Assembly: GCA_012295275.1 (NCBI GenBank)
Contig: CM022667.1
Coordinates: forward strand, 22,258,001 to 22,322,000
Length of the DNA stretch: 64,000 nucleotides
Direction: 5' to 3'
DNA from: Chrysomallon squamiferum
Lineage: Eukaryota; Animalia; Mollusca
Every line of letters starts with the position of its first letter. Positions within the stretch are counted from its first letter, which is position 1. The notes beneath the pieces were generated by a model. It made no database searches and had not been told where the DNA came from. It was given only the letters and a program-made list of their open reading frames with translations. Made by a program: the position numbers and the translations under genes. Of this stretch, positions 54,290-64,000 are shown one piece after another.

Positions 54290-54500
54290 CTCAGACCACC
54301 CATAGATGATTGTAATAATAGGCTTACTGAGATGATGCTGAATTCGATCAAGAAATGAGATGAAATTGTGAACACACAAATTATCAATTGGTCAGTGGTA
54401 GCAGTTATTATATTGGAAAAAGCCACTGCCCCAGTGAATGTTATGCTAAGTTTAAAATACCACTGAAAATTGAACACATTTTCGAATGATACAACCATGT
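54290..54500 (+). mobile_element. Decayed 3' remnant of an I-group (Nimb/I-like) non-LTR retrotransposon
   Basis: Across frameshifts: DDCNNRLTE..DEIVNT..LSIGQ..ILEKATAP..ECYA..PLKIEHIF, resembling the NKL..EVVLTRLRIGH..C..C..LTVxHIL post-RNase H motif. Confidence 0.5.
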
Positions 54501-56024
54501 TGGGTGTAAATTCATTGCAACATACTGTAATTTAAGTTTGAAGTTGATTTTTAAAGAAAAACATGGTTATATTTTTTCTTTTCCAGTCTTGCCACATATT
54601 AGCTTTCCATTGGTGCTAAAATCAGCCATATACCATGTCCAATTCCAGGCACCAAGCTGTCCAGCTCAAAAATGTTGTGTTTTTCAATTGCAGCGTACAA
54701 ATTCACTGAATGATCAAACAATACACAGTTCAAGAGCAGATCTTTATTGTTAATTTCCAATCAAATCATAAATTAACAGATGTCAAAAATCACCCATTTA
54801 TACAGTGATTGGTTGAAACTTAACTGTCTGCTGTTATCTAATTAAATTTGATTGTTAATGTTTATTTTTGAGTTTCAGAGAGTGTTATTATAAATCAAGT
54901 TAGAGTGTGATAAATTTACTAAGTTAAAATTTAGGTCCAAGAACATGCCTCTGGTTCTTAACATATTTTCGGAAAAAAGATTTGGATAACAAGCCTTGGT
55001 TATTTCATTATAAATTATTATTTCACCCTTATCTCACCCAGACTGTTTACAGACATCCTATATTTAGTGTATTCTGAGAAAGAGATCACCCTTTTTTCTT
55101 GTTAAATAAACAGAAGGTTATTTTCATTTTTTCGGTCTTTTTCAGTTTTCATAAATGATAAAGAATACAAATAGTATATGTTGAAACCTAGAAGAAGAAT
55201 GAAAAAAAGCAAAATAAATCTTTGTTATATGAAAACAGTTTTGTTGAAATTATAGTATGTGTGCCAGAAGCACATTGTACATTTTTCATAAATGAATATA
55301 TTCAATTCTTTTTCATATTTTGTATGTATATGTGTATGTGTATAATTTTAATTGTTATTATAAGCTTTAATATGTTTAAAATGTTTAAAAAAGATTTAAA
55401 ATAATTGTTTGATTGTACTTGTATGACAAACTATATATTATAATATTTTAATAAGTGAATTATTCTGTTTTTGTAATATTGTAACAAAATACATTATAAT
55501 AACTTAATATTGAATTTAGCAAAAGAAACTGTATCCTTATTATGTAGACATATACTAATATGCACATAACATAAATAAAACATATTACTTGTTATTGTTC
55601 ACATATAACAGAATATATTAATAGTAAAGTTCTAAAACAGATTTTTAAAAATAAGGCAGAAATATAGTAAAAACATTTAAGTGTAAATTGGTTACTGTAC
55701 TTAGCTGGTAGATAACGAGCACTAGGGCTCAATGCTTTTTTCCTATTGAGGTGTATAGTGAACTTGTATGCAGACAGATAACCAGTTTGGCATGACTGTC
55801 TAGACACTGCCATTGTGATTTCATGAGATATTGATTGAAAACATTGATATTGTTGTCAATATTAAATGTTTTATTCTTCTTTGATTTCCACTTTCCTGTT
55901 TGTGAACGGAAATCTAGAACTTTAATCTGAATTTTTATGAGTGTTAGTTTAACCAGAAAAGAAATGTGGCTATAACCTAGTTTCATTAGGTCTATTTTTG
56001 GAATAGCCAGTCAATATTTTAAAT

Positions 56025-56373
56025 AATCAAAATTTATATTGTATTCTCAAGACACCCAAATAAAAATATTCTTTCTGTTTGCAACCTGTCTGTTCTAATA
56101 ATTTAATTTCAGTGCTGTACACATTTCATTGTTTTCTTCTGTTAGTTTTATACTAGAATACAGTATCTAGCTGTATTAATTTTTAAATTATTTATTATCT
56201 AATGCAAAGGTCAGCACCCTTGGCCCTCAGACCACATCCAGTCTGCTAGGGATTTTAGTCTGGCCCACCAACTGAACACTTGGACACCAATTATTACATT
56301 AACTTCATTGTTTTTTCTTTAAACCTCTAGACGAAAGGATCCTTGCTTCATAGCATCCCTTATTGAAGGTAGA

Positions 56374-56421
<48 letters not shown>

Positions 56422-56735
56422 TATATTTAATATCTTAGCCTTCCAATTCTTTTTTTTTAAATTTATATATATATTTTTAAAGAATAAATCCAGAAATGTG
56501 CATTCTTGCGTGTGTGCATCTGTATGTGTGAAAAAGACTGTCATAAATTCAATTTTATATATTTATTTTTTAATTATTTGGACTTAATTTAAAAGGAAAT
56601 GTCATAGTCTTGACATATTTTAAAAAGTATGAATATATGAATTGTTCTAAAGGTTCTGATCATAGTTTTGTCAATAGCTTGCTACAGAGCATAAACAAAT
56701 TACATTAGATAAATTGGATTAACCTTCCAAAAAGA
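56025..56735 (+). repeat. Intronic segmental duplication, copy 2 (with extra insertions)
   Basis: See copy 1; this copy additionally carries a MITE-like insert and a (TG)n tract. Confidence 0.85.
56205..56292 (+). mobile_element. Short decayed hAT/Charlie-like MITE
   Basis: CAAAGGTCAGCACCCTTGGCCCTCAGACCACATCCAGTCTGCTAGGG...GTCTGGCCCAC...TTGGACACC resembles CAGGGGT..GGCCCGCGGGCC..CCGGCCCGC Charlie ends after CpG decay; absent from the paralogous segment. Confidence 0.55.
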
Positions 56736-56780
56736 TCTGTAAAGATATTGTCATCAGTTTTGTCAGTATCTCAGTCATAC

Positions 56781-56820
<40 letters not shown>

Positions 56821-56997
56821 TAATATAGATATAGATGTAAAAATACTAATTCTATTTCAACTAAAGGTGAATCATTCATTGTTAATTCCTTTAACAAAAA
56901 GTGTTCATTTTAACCAAAATTATTTTTTAAATTATTATAAAAAAGAAAAGAAATGACTAGTTTATCAGTTAAAAATATAAAATAAAATAAAAAATAA

Positions 56998-57032
<35 letters not shown>

Positions 57033-57102
57033 ATATATAAATAAATAAAAAATAAAAAATGATATTTTATACTGAGATATCATTTCTTTTTATTTCTTGC
57101 AG

Positions 57103-57456
57103 CTGAATGTAGTTACACATATGTCAATGACAGTCCACCCATTGAAGCCCAGTCAGCAGAATATGAAGCTCAGGGCTTCAATCAGTGTGAATACAACATT
57201 TCTGCACCACAGATGCACTACATAGAGCTCAATTTCACCAATCTGTTTGGATTTGGAATAATGAGAAGTGGATCGAGAATGTCAAATTCTTGCTCACCTG
57301 ACTTGTTAATACTGGATGGACAGTCACATCCCAAGACTGTGATCTGTTCTAACAGACCTGCTGTCTTTCAAACTCAGTCAAATACAATAAAAATTATTTA
57401 TATATGGAAAAATCACAGAAAGAGTGGTTTTACCCTATTATTTGACTTTCATAAAA
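57103..57456 (+). CDS. CUB domain exon (ECSYTYVNDSPPIEAQSAEYEAQGFNQCEYNISAPQMHYIELNFTNLFG...SCSPDLLILDG...VICSNRPAVFQTQSNTIKIIYIWKNHRKSGFTLLFDFH)
   Basis: TTTCTTGCAG acceptor, GTAAGT donor, 354 nt open, phase 1-1. Four CUB-spaced Cys with C.Y.I.AP, IELNF, S.N.I.I and SGF.L.F motifs. Confidence 0.92.
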
Positions 57457-57540
57457 GTAAGTATGGCATCCATAAACCTTGTTTTTCTTGGAATAAGTAT
57501 TTAATTGTGTAACAGTGATGTATATATGTGTGTATATATA

Positions 57541-57574
<34 letters not shown>

Positions 57575-58440
57575 CACATACATACATATATAATTAGAAA
57601 GAGTATATGAGTTGCCTCCCTTAATACTAGCTAGTTTAATCATTTTGTAAACACTTAAACACAAATTATTTATAATGAGTAAGATAAGCAGAATGGTTTC
57701 AGATAAGTATATTTATAAAAACATTTTATTATGTTTTATTTGTCATTCTAATTTTGTTCCTTAAAATGGAGTGATGTGTAACAATGTGTAACAATATGTA
57801 AATCATTTTCTATGAATTTGTGTTGTATGTGCATGTTCAAGTGTATATGTGTTTGTGTGTGCTTGCATGTACATACATATATTGTATTTGTGTATATTTT
57901 CTGAGTATGCTATGAGAAAATGCATTACTAATATTTCACATACTAAAACAATTTTGTTTACATTATATTCAGTAATAATTACTTATTATGGCATATGCCA
58001 TTAGTTAGATATATAAATAAATATTGTTAGTGAACCCATCTCTAGTAATTTACTTGGATATGAAAATGAAACATGAACTTTGTTATTCATTTTGTTTTTA
58101 AATCCAATCAATCAATCAGTCAAATAATAAAATCTATATTATTATATCACTGGCCTGAAAATATGATATCGCTTGTGAAGAATTTATTATACTAGGACTA
58201 ATTGATAAAAAGCTTACAAACACAACTAGCTGATTTGGTGTTTACAACATTAAAAAGCAGTAATGTTTGTTATGAACCTGTTTTTACATATTAAAGTTGG
58301 AACTTGATCTGTGTTGTCCTGATTTGTATATCAGTGTTACCTGCATACTTGTGACATAATTTACATTGTTTTGTGTCTTGATATGTGATTTTTGTTTTAT
58401 TTAGTATAATAGTTGCATTGTTAATGTTTTGTACACACGT

Positions 58441-58478
<38 letters not shown>

Positions 58479-59707
58479 CATTTTTGTATCCAGTTGTTTA
58501 TCATTCTTTTTTAGATATATTTCAGTTGAAATTATTATATAAAATTTTTGAAAGTACCCAGGATTGAATTAATTAGGGATACTGATTCTGTCATTGAGAT
58601 TATTCTATTTTAGACTGTCCACTTTTGGTTTTCTTACTTTCTTCATGGAAGTAATAATCTAACTTTGAACTTAAAATAAATAAATAAATAAATAGTATTA
58701 TTATAGTTAAGTTTCTGTATAATGTTAATTAAACAGTTGAATTTCCTGTTTGAAACATACTTTTAAGAAAGCTTAAAGATGGTATTAATTTAAACATTAA
58801 TTTCTTGATCCATCTGAATTAAAATGCTACTGTGTTACTTTTAAAGGTTACAAATCAGCGCATTCATACTATTTTTATCTATTATTTTCTGTTTTTTCAG
58901 AAGACTCTTATGATGTTAACTTTTATATGTTACAAAATTAGTCATTTCTGGGTTTTTTTGGTAATGAACGAAATACAATTGCTAACTGCATCTGTATATA
59001 ATCATTTAAAAATTATTTTAAAACTTTAATTATTTCATTAATTTTAAAGACAGGCACAAAATACACATACACACTCATAAATCAAATGTACAAAATACAC
59101 AGATTACAAAATGAATCAAAGGGAAACAACATGTTATTTCCGTTTTGAAAAAGTTAAAATCTTAAAGTCTTATCAAGTGGTAAGAATTTAACATATGTTT
59201 CTGAAATAAATCTGCTGTGGAAAGTTCGTGATGAATGTTAATAACTATATATTAGAAAAAAAATGGTGGATGTCATCTGATCTGGACAGTTTCTAGCTGT
59301 TTCTGCATTACTGCTTTTTGGTCATTATAATTGTGTTTTATCTGAAATAACAGTCCTATGTATGTGTGTACATGCTTATATTTTTCTGTTTGTGTGTGTG
59401 TGTGTGTTTGTAAATATGTCAGTTATTTTAATACATTTACTTAATTAGTAATAGTGATTGCATAAAAGTATCATGTATTATATATAAAAAAAATTCATCA
59501 AAGACAATAAATGAATATCAATAATATATTCATAGCCAGAATATATTCTCATCATTCCTGATGACGTCTGAAACTAATGCGAGAGAGAGAGAGAGGGATG
59601 GATGGATGTGAATGAGAAAGGAGAAAAATAATTATATAATTTCATTAAATATGTTTAAATAACAAAATGATTGGCTGTGTAAAAATTCTTTTTACTTTTA
59701 TTTTTAG

Positions 59708-59842
59708 AATCTTGTGCATTTGTCTGTGATGGTGGTGCCACCTGCCTAGAGACTTCAGGTAGTCTCTGTGACGGTATTGCTAACTGCATTGATCGTAGTG
59801 ATGAAACTAGAGAAAGCTGTCCAAAGCCAGGTGCTTCTAAAA
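59708..59842 (+). CDS. LDL-receptor class A exon (SCAFVCDGGATCLETSGSLCDGIANCIDRSDETRESCPKPGASK); gene continues downstream
   Basis: TTTTTAG acceptor, GTGAGT donor, 135 nt, phase 1-1; six Cys and the CDG..NC.D.SDE signature. Confidence 0.93.
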
Positions 59843-61847
59843 GTGAGTAACATAATCTACTCAGCTTAACATCATTTTTTGGTTCAACAAGTGATTTTTG
59901 AGTACACTTTTCCATATAGTGATAAAATCAGTGGTATGTAATATCTTGATTTCTTCATGCTGATATGATATTGTCACCTTCTGCCACCAATCAAAGTTTT
60001 GATATTGATGCTTATACAGTGGTCCCCAATTTTTAAGGGCATTGTTCTATCTCAGTCTCAAACAGATTTTGATGTCCCACTCCCTTTAACTCCTGTTGAA
60101 TGGCACAACCTTCTTAGATTATGACAAGTTTAGAATGTGTATTATACATGTATATCTCTTATTCATTAATTTATTTTGCATGGCAGAATTTCTTGACCAT
60201 CTTATTCAACAGCTGATGTTTTTGTTATTTATTTGTATGAACATATGTGGCATTATTCTATATTGATCAACTTAGTTTGATGTTTACCTGACTTATTATT
60301 GTTTTCTTTCTTTTTCTTTTATCTGAGTCAGCAAAAAGTGTTTGGATCAGTGTGTACATTCTGTAGCTTATTATGAATATTTTATAAAGAATTCAGAAAT
60401 GAAAAACTCATTCTGAACTTAATGTATTACGTCAGTAGATTTGGCACATTATCAGATTTTTCATTTTTGCATTCTCTTTAATTTTGTGCAAATACAACCT
60501 TTTTTTTAATGGAAAGGTTTGTCAAGACACATGCAGACATAATTTATCTAAGGAAATTCCTGCAAATAACATTTCTGTCTGTCACCTTTTCTGTTTGACC
60601 GTTCATTAACCTTTTTCAGTGCAAACTGTTATGTCTGACATGTAACCAGGTAAAATACAGTTATTCAGTAATAGAGATAATGTGGAGATGTGCAGGTAGG
60701 TTATATTATATCACTCTTTGTTTTGTTAATTACATTTTGCTTGAGAATATATTTCAAATGATGAAATATATTTTGAACATAGTTGTAGCTTTGAGTATAA
60801 AGCGGTAATTGTTTTCAGGTTAATGGATTTCGTTACCCTTTACAGTTATTTAATTTTCCGCCTGTGCAACTAAATTTTTAACACATGTAATAATAATAAT
60901 GATAATCAACATATCTATTAAATCCATTATTTCAGAATGTGAATGTCATACTAATAATCAAGATTAGAGATATAATTTTGTGTGTGTGTGTGTGTGTGTG
61001 TCTGTGTGTGTGTTTGCAACTGTACATCATTTAATCTTGACCGAAGTAAACCAGGTGTGGACAGCATGGTAGTCTTTGTTTATAAGGTTTTAAAATACAA
61101 AATTATTGTGTATTTTGAATTCTAAATGGCAACTGAAAAAGAAAAAAAAAAGGGATTAGAAATAAAATTCAGGTTTTGACAGTTAAAAAATAAAAACAAC
61201 ATGTCCATATAGTATTAACTAAAATCCATTTGCACAAAACCTTTTCTCATATACTGTTTCTTGTTCTGCATTGTTTTTTCACATTTTATACTATTATTAC
61301 CAGATATTGATTACAAATATTTACTGAAAACAATATACCAATATATAAAACAATATTCATATATATTCATACAACCAAGAGTTCATAAAAGGTACACATT
61401 TTTAGATGAAATCATGAGTATAGGATTGTAATAAAAAAACATTTTAAACTTTTAGTCATTTTATTTAATGGAAAGAACAACAGCAAACACAGCAACAATA
61501 AAGTACACCCAAACAAACACACACACACACACACACACACACAAAACACACCTAGAAAAGATAGAGAAATAAGCTGTTGTAAGTTTTCATTAACTAAACT
61601 GCTTATTTTTGTAGCTAGCTCTTTAATTTAGAGAATGTAAATATAAACCATGTTTTCATCAGACAGGATCTGCACATAGTATTGCAGGTTATGGTGACAC
61701 ATTATGTAGCTTTTTAATATCATGGCACAGTTTGTTTGTTCATTTGTGAACACTCTTGTCTGAAATTAAGGTTATAATGACATACCAGAGTTTACAAAAC
61801 AAGAATGGGCATTTATGAAAAATACATTTTGTGTTGTAGTTAATGAC

Positions 61848-61888
<41 letters not shown>

Positions 61889-62206
61889 ACATGTGTTTTT
61901 AATAATTATCACAGCAGAATTATGATTGTGCGTTAAGTGAACAAACTAGACTGGATTCTAGGTTATAATGACATTCCTTTGATTGTTTTATTTATTTATT
62001 TATTAATACTTAGTTATGCATGATATATTTCTGAATATAAGAAACATGACAGGATTGTTAAGTATGATTGAACATTTATAGACAGTCAATCCTTGATTCT
62101 AGTTTATAAAGAATATTTTTTTACTATTATTTTTTTTAAATAAATGCCAAATATTTTTTTTTTGGGGGGGGACTTTGTTTATTATCATAGTGTGTGTGTG
62201 TGTGTT

Positions 62207-62262
<56 letters not shown>

Positions 62263-64000
62263 GTGTAGAGAGTAATGAGTGAATGTGTGAACATGAGTGA
62301 GTGTTCATTCACATGTTGATTTTTACTTCTGACAGTTCCAAGTTACCTGTCTAGCCAAATAGAAATAACCTCAGTAAGAATAGTACTATAATACATGTAA
62401 ACTTAATGTTATCAGCACTCAGAACATGGTTTTCAATAAAATAATACTGATGCCATACATGACTTAGCTTCTCTTTGTTATCTTGAGCTTTGCATTAACA
62501 AATAAATATTATATCTCATCAATGACCTGCAGTTATGTAGTATCATTTTTTTTTTAACTTGGTCTCCACCTAAAAGCATGAAAGGTAATTTTTTTTTTAT
62601 ATTATAATATGATATAAATTTAATATAAATCTTTTTTTTTTCTTTTTTTTTTAAATAATATGTGTGTGTGTGGCACTCTACCAAAAGTGTAATCTTGCAT
62701 TAAAAATAGAAAAATGAGTTATTCAAATAATCAGATAAAGTATATTAAAAAAATAAGATAAAATAAATAAGTAAATAAATAAATAAATAATCATGAGACT
62801 AAAGGCAGTTGAAGATGGTGTGAATATCTGAAGTAGAAACAAAGGAAGTTTTCTAAGCTTTGTACTTGTAATTTAACTGCATGCTAAAGTTAACTACAAT
62901 CTGACTGTTGTTGATATTTCTCTTATGGAGCTAATCAACACTTGAAGCCAAAGAAATCAAATTTCAGAAATCAAAGTGTACAATATTTTCTTTTCATTAG
63001 AAAGGGCCATTATCAAATAAATGCCTTTAATAATATGGAATCTAATGTTCTTCAGTAAGTACTAAGTATATCCAAAATTAATTGAAACTTTGAATATATT
63101 TCAACAAAAATCTCAGTAACATTTTACACAACACATTCTGTACTGAGGTGACTGCCATTTTGCTTATCCTATAAAGCATTAGATCACCAACCTCATTTAG
63201 TTGTCATAACCTCCAGAACTGCAACAAGAAAATTATAATAGTAATATAAATAAAAAGAGGGAATTCCAAGCGTATGCCTACATTATGGATTCACTGTTTT
63301 AACATTGATGAAAAGAGCGATTTTTGCTTTGTTTTAGAATAAATGACAGCCATTTGGCTAATTTCCATGGAGTTGCTCATTTTAGAATAAAATAGCATTT
63401 TATTATATTTTTTTTTTAATAAACACCTTATAGTTCATTAACTATATAGCTCCTTAGGAATATGAAAATGAGCATTACATAAATTTGACAGGTACCAGCT
63501 TTCTGACCTACTTTTGCCAGAACATATTACCTAACCTGTTGTCACTTCGGTTGAAGGAAACAGATTAAGGTCAGATGCAATATTATCAAAATAATTATTT
63601 TAAGTTACATATCTAGACAGTACATTAATGGTCTATAACAGTAAAATAATGTAGGGTCAGATAGTCACAGCCATAGAGTTCTGTCACAGATAGGGATGTG
63701 AACGGTGATCTAGTATATATTTATAGGTAATAGTATTAAAAGTTCAATCTCAATTATTTCTGGTTGTTCTGCTATTCTGCATATTAAAATACAATTTAGA
63801 ATTTGATGAAACTCATAAAAAGTTCAAAATTAACTATATTACTTTCTCTTGTAATGTGTTCTTAATTGTTTTCCATGGATGAAATATTTCAGCTATTGTG
63901 TTTAGTTATGGTGTGAATGGACTGTTCATTCATTTATAGTATAAGTCTATCATAAACTGATCACAGCTGGATCACACACACACACACACACACATTAAAA

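Noticed and set aside
60015-60085. CAGTGGTCCCCAA hAT-like left end (a similar orphan end lies near 20270-20325)
   Set aside because: No partner TIR or TSD located, so extent cannot be supported.
59843-64000. Next coding exon of the CUB-LDLa gene (candidates near 60620, 61663, 62336)
   Set aside because: Candidates hit early stops or lack a phase-compatible donor, and none encodes a TM segment or domain; the gene probably continues outside the window.

Overview
AT-rich eukaryotic (invertebrate animal, possibly molluscan; taxon not determinable from the sequence alone) genomic DNA with many microsatellites. It holds two divergently oriented spliced genes. (1) Minus strand: a complete 3-coding-exon, 137-aa C20orf85/CIMIP1 (LLC1-family) ciliary microtubule inner protein gene (7048->1777), with RFX X-box, forkhead and MYB-like motifs just upstream. 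(2) Plus strand: the 5' part of a secreted or membrane CUB + LDL-receptor class A protein gene that probably continues past the window. It appears to have two alternative signal-peptide starts 26 kb apart, one split by a 125-nt intron into a 25-nt coding piece and a 33-nt microexon. Introns and the intergenic region carry decayed DNA transposons: hAT elements and MITEs with TSDs, a Tigger-like MITE, and a young Sola2-type element with ~600-bp TIRs showing a template-switch scar. A LINE 3' remnant, SINE fragments and local duplications are also present. CpG is retained between the genes and depleted in gene bodies. Nearly all ORFs in the supplied track are spurious. No convincing wholly new biological system was found; the best leads are the dual signal-peptide architecture, the TIR-extension scar and recurring TGTCTAGACA palindromes. 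All alignments were done by eye and family calls are from recalled motifs, not database searches.
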